DNA of 64,000 bases from Eledone cirrhosa (lineage: Eukaryota). Shown here one piece after another: positions 30,631-44,814 of this stretch. Each line of letters begins with the position of its first letter. Within the stretch, counting starts at the first letter, position 1. The translations under genes and the position numbers were made by a program. The notes under the pieces were generated by a model that made no database searches, had not been told where the DNA came from, and was given only the letters and a program-made list of their open reading frames with translations. The DNA lies in NCBI GenBank assembly GCA_964016885.1, contig OZ024763.1, positions 30,194,001 through 30,258,000 of the forward strand, written 5' to 3'.

Positions 30631-32449
30631 TCAGTGTTTTTGATCAGAACTGGTCTGATGGAGAAGATTGGGATTAAGGAGGGGAGGGGGGAAAAACCAA
30701 AAAGACGTTTCTTTAAGTGGACAGTGGGAGAGATAGAGAGAGATAAAGAGGGGGTGGGGTAGATAGATAGAGATAGGGTGAGGAGTGAGATAGAAAGATT
30801 GAGGGGTGAGTGAGAGGGACAAAAAGAAAGAAAGAGATGGGAGAAAGGAAGGAGATAGAGAGTAACAGATGAGAGAGAAACGGAGAGGAAAGAGAGACAG
30901 GCAGAAAGAGTGAGGGGGGGGGGTCATCGACTCTGAAGGAGAGAACTGAAAAGGTCTGATGGCGCCATGGAACACCACAAACAACAACTACAACAACACC
31001 AACAACAGCCTAATAACAACAGTAATAACACCAACAACAGCAATGACAGCCACAACAATAACAATGACAACAGTAAGAACAACATACAATAACAACAACA
31101 ACACCACCAATGACCGCAGGGTCTAGATATTAACTTAACGATGAGAATGACGATGATGGTGGTGGTGGTGATGATGGTGATGATGATGGTGGTGGTGGTG
31201 GTGATGGTGGTGGTGGTGGTGATGGTGGTGGTGGTGGTGGTGGCGGTGGTGGTGTTGGTGATGATGGTGGTGGTGGTGGTGGTGGTGGTGGTCGTGGTGG
31301 TGGTGGTGGTGGTGGTGGTGGTGTTGGTGGTGATGGTGGTGGTGATGGTGGTGATGGTGGTGATGGTGGTGATGGTGGTGATGGTGGTGGTGATGATGGT
31401 GGTGGTGGTGGTGATGGTTGTGGTGGGGGTGGGGGTGGTTTATGATGGTGGTGGTAATGGTGGTGGTGGTGGTAATGGTGGTGATGGTGGTCATGGTGGT
31501 GATGATGGTGGTGGTGGTGGTGGTTGTGGTGGTGGTGGGGGTGGTTTATGATGGTGGTGGTGGTGGTGGTGGTGATGGTGGTGATGATGATGATCACGAT
31601 GATGGTGATGGTGATGATGGTGATGGTGATGATGGTAGTAGTGATGATGATGGTGATGACAACAATGATGACGATGGTGACGATGGTGATGATGATGATG
31701 GTGGTGATGATGATGGTGGTGGTGATGATGATGGTGGTGGTAACGATGGTGATGGTAATGGTGACGATGATCATGATGATGGCAATGATGATGGTGGTGG
31801 TGATGATGATGGCAATGATGATGGTGGTGGTGATGATGATGGCAATGATGATGGTGGTGGTGATGATGATGGCAATGATGATGGTGGTGGTGGTGATGAT
31901 GGTGATGATGGTGATGGTGATGTGGCAGTAAGAATTAGCCATCCAATATAAAATGTACTCCAAGATAGACAAGTCACTTCAACATGTCACCTGTCCACAC
32001 AAGAGTGTCACAGTCCACAGTGACACCACAACTCCCCCATATCAAACATGGTTGACAAATAAAATGGAATCTGACCCCGGCTTATCTTGAAATACCTCTC
32101 CTTCCCCTCCACCTCCCAGCCTCCTCCCCCCCCCAGTCTCCTCCTCACAGCCTCCTCCTGCCCCTCCTCTTCCTCCTCCCATCCTCCTCACAGCCCCTTC
32201 CTCCCCCTCCTCTACACCCCCCTCCTCTTCCTCACAACCTCTTCTTCACCATCCTCCTCCCATCCTCCTCACAGTCTCCTCCAGCCCCTCCTCTTCCTCC
32301 CGCCATCCTCCTCACAGCCTCCTCCTCTTCCTCCTCACAGACTCTTCGCCACCTTCCTCCTCCCACCTTCCTCATTCTCCTCCTCCTCTTCCCATTTCTT
32401 CTTTCTCAATTATTGGAATAAAATGTTGCTCAGATGGTGGCGAAAGTGA

Positions 32450-34075
32450 CTGGTCAGTTGATTGGTTGGTTGGTTGGTTGGTTGGTTGGTTGGTTGGTTG
32501 GTTGGACAGTCAGTTGATTGGTCAGTTGATTGGTTGGTTGGACGGTCAGTTGATTGGTCAGTTGATTGGTTGGTTGATTGGTTGGTTGGTTGGACGGTCA
32601 GTTGATTGGTTGGTTGGTTGGTTGGTTGGTTGGTTGGTTGGTTGGTTGGTTGGACAGTCAGTTGATTGGTTGGTTGGTTGGTTGGTTGGTTGGTTGGTTG
32701 GTTGGTTGGTTGGACAGTCAGTTGATTGGTCAGTTGATTGGTTGGTTGGACGGTCAGTTGATTGGTCAGTTGATTGGTTGGTTGATTGGTTGGTTGGTTG
32801 GACGGTCAGTTGATTGGTTGGTTGGTTGGTTGGACAGTTGGTTGGTTGGTTGGTTGGTTGATTGATCAGTTGGTTGGTTGATTGGTTGGTTGGACGGTCA
32901 GTTGATTGGTTGGTTGGACAGTCAGTTGATTGGTCAGTTGATTGGTTGGTTGATTGGTTGGTTGGACAGTCAGTTGATTGGTCAGTTGATTGGTTGGTTG
33001 ATTGGTTGGTTGGACAGTCAGTTGATTAGATGGTTGGTTGGTTGGTTGGTTGGTTGGTTGGTTGGACGGTCAGTTGATTGGTCAGTTGATTGGTTGGTTG
33101 ATTGGTTGGTTGGACAGTCGGTTGGTTGGTTGGTTGGTCAGTTGATTGGTTGGTTGGTTGGTTGGTTGGTTGATTGATCAGTTGGTTGGTTGATTGGTTG
33201 GTTGGACGGTCAGTTGATTGGTTGGTTGGACAGTCGGTTGGTCAGTTGATTGGTTGGTTGGTTGGTTGGTTGGTTGATTGATCAGTTGGTTGGTTGATTG
33301 GTTGGTTGGACGGTCAGTTGATTGGTTGGTTGGACAGTCGGTTGGTCAGTTGATTGGTTGGTTGGTTGGTTGGTTGATTGATCAGTTGGTTGGTTGATTG
33401 GTTGGTTGGACGGTCAGTTGATTGGTTGGTTGGACAGTCAGTTGATTGGTCAGTTGGTTGGTTGATTGGTTGGTTGGACGGTCAGTTGATTGGTTGGTTG
33501 GTTGGTTGGTTGATTGGTTAGTTGATTGGTTGGTTGATTGGTTGGTTGGACGGTCAGTTGATTGGTCAGTTGATTGGTTGGTTGATTGGTTGGTTGGACA
33601 GTCAGTTGATTGGATGGTTGGTTGGTTGATAGATCAGTTGGTTGGTTGATTGGTTGATTGGTTGATTGGTTGGTTGGACAGTCAGTTGATTGGTTGGTTG
33701 GTTGGTTGGTTGGTTGGTTGATTGATCAGTCGGTTGGTTGATTGGTTGGTTGGACGGTCAGTTGATTGGTTGGTTGGTTGGTTGATTGATCAGTTGGTTG
33801 GTTGATTGGTTGGTTGGACGGTCAGTTGATTGGTTGGTTGGACAGTCAGTTGATTGGTCAGTTGATTGGTTGGTTGATTGGTTGGTTGGACGGTCAGTTG
33901 ATTGGTCAGTTGATTGGTTGGTTGATTGGTTGGTTGGACGGTCAGTTGATTGGTTGGTTGGACGTTCAGTTGATTGGTTGGTTGGACGGTCAGTTGATTG
34001 GTTGGTTGGACTGTCAGTTGATTGGTCAGTTGATTGGTTGTTTGGACGGTCAGTCAGTTGGTTTATCGGTTAGTT
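32450..34075. repeat. (TTGG)n-based compound minisatellite with ggac(a/g)gtcagttgatt modules
   Basis: Direct reading; explains the W/L/V/G ORFs. Confidence 0.9.
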
Positions 34076-34180
34076 AGTCTCACACACAAACACTTTTGTG
34101 TATATATATATATTTATTAAAATAACAGATTAAAATTTAAGCAAAGAATCACTGCTTTCACCCTTAACGGCATCCATCTT

Positions 34181-34490
34181 CATCATCATCATCATCATCA
34201 ACATCATTTTACGTCTGCTTTTCCTTGCTTGCAAGGATGGGACGGGTCCTATTCAGCACAGCATCTCTCCACTTGTCACGGTCCTTTGTCATCTCCTCCG
34301 TGAGCTTCAGCGATCTGAGGTCTGCTCTCACCACCTCCGCCCATGGTTTTTTTGGTCTTCCTCTACTGCGTCTTCCTTCTACTGGCATTTCTTGGCACTT
34401 CTTTACCCAGCAGTCATCCTCCATGCTCACCACATGTCCATACCAATGCACACCACAACTTATCCCTCTTATACACAGTTTCTCTCTCAA

Positions 34491-34493
<3 letters not shown>
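34181..34493 (-). mobile_element. RTE-clade LINE 3' end (family A) with (GAT)n tail
   Basis: ORF remnant ...HWYGHVVSMEDDCWVKKCQEMPVEGRRSRGRPKKPWAEVVRADL...DRDKWR is typical of RTE ORF C-termini; ends gacgtaaaatgatg(atg)n. Confidence 0.8.
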
Positions 34494-34556
<63 letters not shown>

Positions 34557-34559
<3 letters not shown>

Positions 34560-34853
34560 GAGTAGGACCCCGACGGCTGAGCTCAAGCCGTTTCGACGGC
34601 TAATTCTGGACTAAATGAAAATTTTTATCCTGGTATATGAATAGCCGAGCTTCTCAGGGGGTAATTCCATATATGGTAAAAGTGATTGTCACAAGGATTG
34701 GTCAAAAGTTTGTTGTTGAGACACATAATTCTATCATGGCTTGAGTTCAGCCGTCGGGGTCCTACTCGTTCCTATTACCCACTCTACTCCCCTAAGTATT
34801 GAGTACTTTGGTGCGTTATGGTCCACCTGGTTCCTTACCACATTTCCTTCGTT
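34557..34853. mobile_element. Second copy of the 17897 family with partial inverted termini
   Basis: 34557-34590 (aacgagtaggaccccgacggctgagctcaagcc) is the reverse complement of ~34738-34770; same 3' tail as 18020-18097; flanked by (TA)n. Confidence 0.65.
34567..34662 (-). ncRNA. Type I hammerhead ribozyme with degenerate core (CUGAGAA)
   Basis: Minus strand acccc CTGAGAA gctcggctattc...gaattagccgtc GAAA cggct-tgagctc-agccg TC ggggt. Stem I 5 bp, stem III 6 bp and a GUC cleavage triplet, but core position G8 is A. Confidence 0.6.
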
Positions 34854-34868
34854 ACATATATATATATG

Positions 34869-35010
34869 TTTATCCCGGGTTCAATCGGGGGTAACCACAC
34901 TAAGTAAGGTACTCAGTACATAGCAGAATATAAATAATATTTAATATAGAAATGGCTTCTACAGGACTAGAACTGTTTCATTCAGGAGAAATCATCATGA
35001 AGCCGACTGT
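34869..35010 (-). mobile_element. End fragment of another hammerhead-bearing repeat family
   Basis: The terminus cccgggttcaatcgggggtaaccac..taagtaaggtactca.tacatagcaga recurs beside (TA)n/(TG)n at ~17390-17455, ~50006-50072, ~62416-62465 and (opposite strand) ~54796-54835. This copy extends to the 34954-35004 hammerhead. Confidence 0.6.
34954..35004 (-). ncRNA. Type I hammerhead ribozyme with degenerate core (AUGAUGA)
   Basis: Minus strand ggcttc ATGATGA tttctcctgaat GAAA cag-ttctagtc-ctg TA gaagcc. Stem I is 6 bp perfect, stem III 4 bp, stem II short; core C3 is A. Confidence 0.55.
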
Positions 35011-35111
35011 CAAAGTAATATGGTGGTTTTTATACATTTTCTGGTGGTAGAAGAGGGTGGTATACACACATACATATAAGTACACATATATCTATACACA
35101 CACATATATAT

Positions 35112-35330
35112 ATAGGGCGGGTAAAATTCACGAGATCCATCGACGAGTTCCCTCCAGCGGTCTCTGTCCCTCATTATCGCTGCCATGTCCTGTGTCTCCA
35201 AGAGACCAGAGTCTGTCCTTAGGGCATCAACATATGTTAACCTCGGTCTTGCAGTGTCAACTCTGGATGTCGGTGAGCATGTCCAGCTAACCTCATTCTC
35301 CTCTGGGCTACTCTCGAGCTGACATATTGT
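35112..35330 (-). mobile_element. RTE-like LINE 3' end (family B) ending in (TA)n
   Basis: RPRLTYVDALRTDSGLLETQDMAAIMRDRDRWRELVDGSREFYPP then (TA)n; same family at 57249-57372 (+) and 63243-63534 (+). Confidence 0.75.
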
Positions 35331-36185
35331 TAAGGAAGAACACAATCGTATATCTTTGTTTCTGTTTCATATTTGAAAAGAGGGTTTTAGCCCTGAAATA
35401 TCATATGAAATATATCCCTGAGAGCAAGACGCGGTCACTAGACCTGACTTGGCTCATAACGTGACACCCCATTTAACCCTTGCATGTGTGGGAAATGGAG
35501 ACTAAATAATGGTGAAGGCGGTGATGAAATTGATGATGGTGATGATAGTGACAATGAAGAAGATGATGATGATGATGATAATGATGGCAATGATGAAGGG
35601 TGATAACGAAGGTGTTGATAAAAGTGATGATGGCAATGATAATAGCAATGATGAAGATGAAGATGATGGAGGTGATAATGATGGCAGTGATGAAAGTGAT
35701 TATTGCAATGATAAAGGTGACGATGGTGATTATGCAGACAATGATGAAAGTGATGAGGCAATAATGGTAACGATGATGAAAGTGATGAGGCAATAACGAT
35801 GATGGAGATGATAAAGGCGATGATGATGGTGATGATAAAAGTGATGATGAAAATGGATGACGGCGACAAAGGTGATGATGAAAGTGACGATGGTAATGGA
35901 AATGACAATGGCAATGATAAAGGTGATTATTAAGGTGGTGATGAAAGTGATAAATGCAATGATGGTGACAATGACGAAAGTGATAACGAAGGTGAGGATG
36001 AAAGCGATGACGCAAAAGTACATGGAATAAGATGGCTGGTTTAACTTAGCTTAGCTTGTGATGGTGAGGTATATATATACATATATATATATACATATAT
36101 ATGCATATATATATATATACATCTATATGCATATATATATATATACATATATATGCATATATATATATACATAAACATATATATA

Positions 36186-36230
<45 letters not shown>

Positions 36231-36293
36231 CAGGGAAAAGCGGACGTAAAATGATGAGTATGATGATGATATATGTATGTATGTGTGTGTGCG

Positions 36294-36328
<35 letters not shown>

Positions 36329-36337
36329 TTATATATA

Positions 36338-36399
<62 letters not shown>

Positions 36400-36412
36400 C
36401 ATATATATGATA

Positions 36413-36460
<48 letters not shown>

Positions 36461-36510
36461 CACACATACATATATCATCATCATCATCATTTTACGTCTG
36501 CTTTTCCCTG

Positions 36511-36559
<49 letters not shown>

Positions 36560-36640
36560 TATATATATTTATATTTATATATATATATACACATATATAT
36601 ATACACACAAATACATACATATATATATATACACAAATAG

Positions 36641-36706
<66 letters not shown>

Positions 36707-37010
36707 GTGTGTGTAGCGGAGTGTTGTCGAGTTGTTTGTTAGTGGGTATATTTATAGATATACATGTAAATTAGAGGCTACGAGATTGGAATTAGACCCC
36801 TCACCCCTACCTTGCTGCCGCTAGCAATAGGAGGGGGCTCGCAGGCTGGGGGACGAAGATGAAAAGATGAGGGATGTGGATTAAATTAAGGATCTAAGGT
36901 TATATACCTACATACATAGATATATATATAAACATATATATATATATATGTGTAAACATATATGTATATGTACATATACATACTTATATGTACATATGTA
37001 TGTATGTATA

Positions 37011-37088
<78 letters not shown>

Positions 37089-37194
37089 GCGGGGAGAGGG
37101 GGAGATGGAAAGGAATGATTAAGGAAGATTGGTGGGTATTAATACTGTAACTCTATCATCACAGAGATCTGGTGTTTATATAAATATATACATA

Positions 37195-37231
<37 letters not shown>

Positions 37232-37413
37232 CTATATATATTATATAAATGTATATATTTGTGTGTGTTTATATATATATATATATATCTGTGTGTGTTT
37301 ATTTATATATATATATATATATATATGTGTATGTGCATGTCTGTATAATTATATATAAGTGTGTGGATCAAATGCATATATATATATACATATGTATATA
37401 TATATATATACAT

Positions 37414-37455
<42 letters not shown>

Positions 37456-37557
37456 TATAAATATACACACATGCATAAATCTAAATATATATCTATATAT
37501 ATCTTTATATTTATCATATATTTATATGTACATATGTATATATACATAAATATATAT

Positions 37558-37618
<61 letters not shown>

Positions 37619-37959
37619 AATATACACACATGCATAAATCTAAATATATATCTATATATATCTTTATATTTATCATATATTTATATGTACATATGTATAT
37701 ATACATAAATATATATACACATACATATATATATATATATATATATGTGTGTGGTGTGTGTGTGTATATATGTATGTATGTATGTTTGTATATATAGGTA
37801 CATGTGTGTGTGTGTGTATACAAATAAATAAATATATACACACACACATACACACAGTAATGGTAGTTTCTTACATTAAGTAACTTTGATTGATTACATA
37901 CTGTAATAAGTAACAACAGCAACAACAACAACAAGAGTGATAGATGAAAGGGGAAGAAC

Positions 37960-37997
<38 letters not shown>

Positions 37998-38169
37998 GAA
38001 TGAATGAAACCGAGTTTACAAGAAATGAAACAAAACCTTATTAATTTGATATGAAAATATATAAACTGTATATATAGTGTGTATATACAGTTTTTATATT
38101 TATATATATATATATATATCATCATCATCATCATCATCATTTAACGTCTATCTTCCACGCTAACATGGG

Positions 38170-38206
<37 letters not shown>

Positions 38207-38308
38207 GTATGAAATATATAGTACATAAAATATATGAAGTAATATATATATATATATATATATATGAAATACTGTTGGCTTCACGCTCACAAAAATTTCT
38301 ATACTTTA

Positions 38309-38371
<63 letters not shown>

Positions 38372-38729
38372 TGTATATATGTATGTATGGTATATATATA
38401 TATATATACCATATAAAGTATATAGTGTATCAAATACATAATATATAAAATATATAAATAGATCTGTAGGGCAGTAGATATGTGATCAAAAATAATGATG
38501 ATGATGGTGATGGTGGTGGTGGTGATGGTGACGATGATGATGGTGGTGGTGGTGATGGTGGTGGTGGTGGTGACGGTGGTGGTGGTGACGGTGATGATGG
38601 TGATGATGATGATGATGGTGGTGATGATGATGATGGTGGTGGTGGTGGTGGTGGTGATGGTGATGGTGGTGGTGGTGGTGACGGTGGTGGTGGTGACGAT
38701 GATGATGGTGATGATGATGATGATGGTGG

Positions 38730-38760
<31 letters not shown>

Positions 38761-39916
38761 GGTGATGATGATGATGATGATGATGATGATAGTCGTGATG
38801 GTGGTGGTAATGATGAAGATGATGGTGGTGGTGATGATGATGATGATGATGCAACGTGATCGATACGTCTCCCCACACACATCATGTGATGTTGGTGATG
38901 GTGACGATGATGATGATGATAACAAAACTAACAACAACAATAATAAACAACAACAACAACAACAACAAATAAAGAAGAGGAAAGGAAAATGATAAATAAG
39001 AAAACCTGAGTGAAATATTTGGGTGTGAAGTTTTTTTAGGAGAGACTGGAGAGGGAGGGATTAGCTAATAGAGGAGGAGTAACATGATGATGATGATGAT
39101 GATGATGATGTGGGAGAAGAGGAAAGAGGAGGAGAAGGACGGTGCAGTGGTGATGATGAGAAAGAAGAAGGGAAAATAATGAAATGGTAATATAGAGGGC
39201 TGTACAGAGAAGATGGGCTCACCCGTTCCCTAACACCTCATTTCCACCCCACAAAAAATATAATAAAAATCGAAAATAAGTCAGTTGGAGAGGGGGAGAG
39301 GCAAAAAGAGGCAAGGAAGATGAGAGGGTAGGTAGTGAAATGGCAATATGGAGAGAGAGAGGGGGGGGGGGGGGTCTCCCCCCCCCCCCCCAAAAAAAAA
39401 ACTAGGTAGGAGGACGACTAAGGTAAAGAAGAGGGGGTTATAGATAATGAAAAGGTAATATGGTAGGCTCTATAGAGAGGATGGTCTCCCTCTCTCTTCC
39501 AAATGATGAAGGAGGGGGGAGGGGGAGAGATAATGAAACGGTAATATGGAAGGTTCTATAGGGATGACGGACGCCATCCTCCTCCCTCCCTCAAAAAGTA
39601 AAGCCAAAATGAAAAGAAATGCATTGAAATCAGTCGAAGGGGGGTGGGGTGGGTACGAAAAAAGTACACACTCACAGGAGGAGGGTTTTTCTTAATTAAG
39701 ATGGTGGTTTTAAGGAGGATGGTTGAAAGGGGTTATGGTAAGGGAGATAAGTGGTTGGTAGTGGTGGCTGTGGTGTGTCTCAAAGGACTTTTTTTTTTCT
39801 CACATCTAAAAGACAGAATAAAAGAGTAAAAAAAGGCATCTCCCCTCCCCCCTCATGTTCCCCCACCCCAATGTGAGATTAACACATAAAATATGGCTTA
39901 ACTATACATGTGCAGT

Positions 39917-39947
<31 letters not shown>

Positions 39948-40106
39948 TCACATACATACATATATAATGTATACACACATATAGAGATGTGTAAAATCAC
40001 TACTGCTGTGGAGACTCTGTTTATACAGATACATATATATATATATATCTACACACATACACATATATATGTATATACACACATACACATATATATGTAT
40101 ATATAT

Positions 40107-40163
<57 letters not shown>

Positions 40164-40240
40164 TTTTAAAAAAAAAATATATATATATATATATATACAG
40201 ACACACACATTATACATATATACAAACATACATGCATGTC

Positions 40241-40279
<39 letters not shown>

Positions 40280-40329
40280 GCAAGCTTTTGAATGTGTGTA
40301 TCTTAAAGTCTGTGTATGTGTGTGTGTGT

Positions 40330-41225
40330 CTATGTATGCATGTACATGCTTGTGTGTGTATGTATGCATCTACATGCCTGTGTGTGTATAGATGTACACG
40401 CCTGTGTATGTATAGATGTACATGCTTGTGTGTGTGTGTATGCATCTACACGCCTGTGTGTGTATAGATGTACACGCCTGTGTATGTATAGATGTACATG
40501 CTTGTGTGTGTATGTATGCATCTACACGCCTGTGTGTGTATAGATGTACACGCCTGTGTATGTATAGATGTACATGCCTGTGTGTGTATGTATGCATCTA
40601 CACGCCTGTGTGTGTATAGATGTACACGCCTGTGTGTGTATAGATGTACATGCCTGTGTGTGTATGTGTCTATCTGTCTATGTGTAAGTGCGTGTATGTT
40701 TGTGTGCATGTCTCTGCCTCTGTGTGTGTATGTCTTTGTCTCTGTGTGTGTATGCGTGTGCATGCCTGTGTGTGTGTGCATGTCTCTGTGTGTGTGTATG
40801 TCTTTGTCTCTGTGTGTGTATGTGTGTGCATGTCTGTGTGTGTGTGTGTGTATGTCTTTGTCTCTGTGTGTGTGTGTATGTCTTTGTCTCTGTCTGCCTC
40901 TGTGTGTGTGCATGTCTCTCTGTGTGTGTGTATGTCTTTGTCTCTGTCTGCCTCTGTGTGTGTGCATGTCTCTCTGTGTGTGTGTATGTATTTGTCTCTG
41001 TGTGTGTGTATGTCTTTGTCTCTGTATGCGTGTATGTCTTTGTCTCTGTCTGTATGTGTGTGTGTGTCTGTCTGCCTCTGTGTGTGTGTGTGTGCATGTC
41101 TGTGTGTGTGTGTGTGTATGTCTTTGTCTCTGTCTGTATGTCTTTGTCTCTGCCTCTGTGTGTGTGTGTGCATGTCTTTGTCTCTGTGTGTGTGTATGTC
41201 TTTGTCTGTGTGTGTGTGTGTGTGT
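40330..41225. repeat. 76-bp minisatellite (~4 copies) followed by a degenerate (GT)/(TC) composite repeat
   Basis: gcatctaca at ~40366, 40442, 40518 and 40594 (period 76). Confidence 0.8.
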
Positions 41226-42119
41226 ATGGCGGGGTACATGCCTCTGCTGTGTTAAGTTAGGCAATGATAACCAAGAGAATGTGAGATGGGGGTTAAATGT
41301 TGAACTGGTGTTAGTGAACAGACACAGATAACATAGATTTCTAAATAACTACTACCACCACCACCACTATACCACCATAACCACCATCACCATCATACCA
41401 CCATCATCACCATCATACCACCATCATCATCATACCACCACAACCACCACCACCACTGTCACCACCATTATCATTATACAACCATTATACCACCACTGAT
41501 ACCACCACCAACACTAACTTATATTCCTAAATAGTTACCAGGCCTACCACTATACTATCACTGACACCACCACCATCATACCACCACCGCCATCACTGAT
41601 TCCACCACCAACACCATCACTAACTTATATTCCTTCCTAAAAAAACTCCTAGCCCCACCACTATACCATCATCACCACCAACACCTCAACCATCACTCTA
41701 CCACCACCATTATTCCATCACCATCACCATCACCATACCACTCCTCTATACCATCACTAACACCACCACTACCATCACTAACTTATATTCCTAAATAACT
41801 ACCAGCCCCACCAATATACCATCATCACCACCAACACCTCAACCATCACTCTACCACCACCATTATACCATCACCATCACCATACCACCTCCTCTATACC
41901 ATCACTAACTTATACTCCTAAATAACCACCAGGCCCACCCTTACACCATCACCATCACCATCACCATACCACCACCACAATACCATCACTAACACCACCA
42001 CCACCACCACCATCACCATACCACCACCACAATACCATCACTAACACCACCACCACCACCACCACCACCATCACTAACTTATATTCCTAAATAACTACAC
42101 ATGTGTGTGTGTGTGTGTA

Positions 42120-42702
42120 GAGGAGGGATATCAGGTGTAGGGTTGGCGAATTTCGGGAAGCATGGAGGTTTTAAAGGATGCAGGTAGTTTGTTCCATGGA
42201 GGTTTTAAAGGATGCAGTGTCTCGACAACTAACAACTGATGCAGGTAGTTTGTTCCATGGAGGTTTTAAAGGATGCAGTGTCTCGACAGCTAACAACTGA
42301 TACAGGTAGTCTGTTCCATGAAGGTTTTAAATGATGCAGTGTCTCGACAGCTAACAACTGATGCAGGTAGTTTGTTCCATGGAGGTTTTAAAGGATGCAG
42401 TGTCACGACAGGTAACAACTGATACAGGTAGTTTGTTCCATGAAGGTTTTAAAGAATGCAGTGTCTCGACAACTAACAACTGATGCAGGTAGTTTGTTCC
42501 ATGGAGGTTTTAAAGGATGCAGTGTCTCGACAGCTAACAACTGATGCAGGTAGTTTGTTCCATGCTTCAGTAACTCAGAGAGCGAAAAAAATCTTTCCGG
42601 AAGTCAGGGGAGCTGTGCTGTTTGCTGACTTTGCAAGCATGTCTACGGGTGTTAGACACATGGAATTCAAAAAGGTGCTCAGGGTTGTTGTTGGAAAGAT
42701 GG
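42120..42702 (-). mobile_element. CR1-like LINE 3' end with an internal 61-bp tandem amplification
   Basis: Minus strand encodes ...EAWNKLPASVVSCRDTASFKTSM... (WNxLP...FK motif of CR1/L2-group ORF2 C-termini); the 61-bp unit is repeated 6 times at 42198-42563. Confidence 0.75.
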
Positions 42703-43320
42703 TTAACCCTTTTGGAATTTCAGTGCCAAGAGGATGGAGCTCGTTTCACCAGCTCTACAGAGGGCAAGTATTTATTTTTCAAAAAGAAATATTTTTAAAA
42801 ATCAATGCAAAATCACAGAACACAGAAAACTAACATGGAAGCCACCATAGAAAGGTGTACAAGAAATGGAAGAAGCAATCTAATTGGCTGATACAAAGAC
42901 CAGCCAGCTAATCTCAAGGCTTGTATTATCAAGCCAAAGGATCGACCCAGTCATCTTCTTCATCATTCAACTTTTGGGCCAATAAATCAGCTCTGTTGTT
43001 TCCAAAGGGTCAATATATTTTAACACATGATTTCATATCAAGAACCTTGTAAAACAAATACAAAACCAAAATACCGAATTCTTGATTATTTTCGATATAT
43101 TTGAAGATCATAGGCAGTGTTTTTCCCTGGCAATATTGTAATGAAATCATAGACTGCACCTTTCATTACAAAAATGGTAATGAAAGGGTTAATAGTGAGA
43201 AAGTTAGTTATATTAATAAATTCCTTCGAATTCTTGATTATTTTCAAAATCATTTGAAAATCAGAGGCAGTGCCTTTTTATTAACAATATTGTAATGAAA
43301 GGGTTAAAGAATTAACAGTT

Positions 43321-43369
<49 letters not shown>

Positions 43370-43943
43370 AATGCACTCTCACACACTCTCTCTTCACTTT
43401 CTCTCTCTCTTTCTCTCACACACATTCTCTCTTCTCTCTCTCTCTCTCCACTCTTTCCCAATTGTAACAATGGCATCTCTCAGCGATTAAAGACAACGAC
43501 CCTACTTACTAACAGAGAAGGGGAGGAGAGGGTGAGAGAAGGGGAGGAGAGGAGGAAGGGTAAGGGGAGGGAGGAGGTAGTAGGGGGGAGTATTTTATAT
43601 ATATTGTTGTTGTTGATGTTGTTTTATGTAATGTAATGAATGTTGCCTAATTGATAAGTGGAGAACTATTGGAATGTGGTGGTGGTGGTAATGGTGGTGG
43701 TGGTGACGGTAATGGTGGTGGTGGTGGTGGTGACGGTAATGGTGGTGGTGGAGGTGATGGTCATATCAAGAAAAAGAAGAAAAGACTGGAGGGGGGGGGG
43801 GGGTATAGCAAGAAAGAAAGAAAGAACAGGTTAATGAGAATTGTCAGGGTTTTTCTGTGAACAACAATATAATATAAAAGGTGTTTGAAAATACATATGT
43901 GAGTGTATATATATATACATATTGTATGTGTATATATATATAC

Positions 43944-44153
<210 letters not shown>

Positions 44154-44176
44154 ATATATATATACAATATATATAT

Positions 44177-44227
<51 letters not shown>

Positions 44228-44410
44228 GTATGTATATATGTGTTTATATATGTATGTGTGTATATATGTGAAATCATTGATTGCAGGTTGTTTATTGCTG
44301 TTTATTAACAACAGGAATAGCTCCAGGGGGGTGAGGTCCCGCTTCAAAGACAGCATATTTCTAAAGGGATTTAAGTCTTTTGAATTACTGAATAGAAATA
44401 CAAACATACA

Positions 44411-44495
<85 letters not shown>

Positions 44496-44545
44496 TATAT
44501 ATATATAGATATATATAAATATAGTTATAAATGAAAGGTATAGAA

Positions 44546-44602
<57 letters not shown>

Positions 44603-44783
44603 ATATGGGGGGGGGTATGCAGGGGTGTATATTTCAATCATTACATCACATTACAACTACATGTATACAATAATATTAATGAATATATCTATATAATTAT
44701 TGATATACGTATGAAATATATATTGTATATGGATAGATATAAATAAATATAGATAAATATATATATATATCATTATATAAAAC

Positions 44784-44814
<31 letters not shown>

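Noticed and set aside
42703-43307. TTAA-CCCTTT ... AAAGGG-TTAA as one piggyBac element
   Set aside because: Only ~6 bp of terminal complementarity and two alternative right ends; probably fragments of different elements, so boundaries are unsupported.
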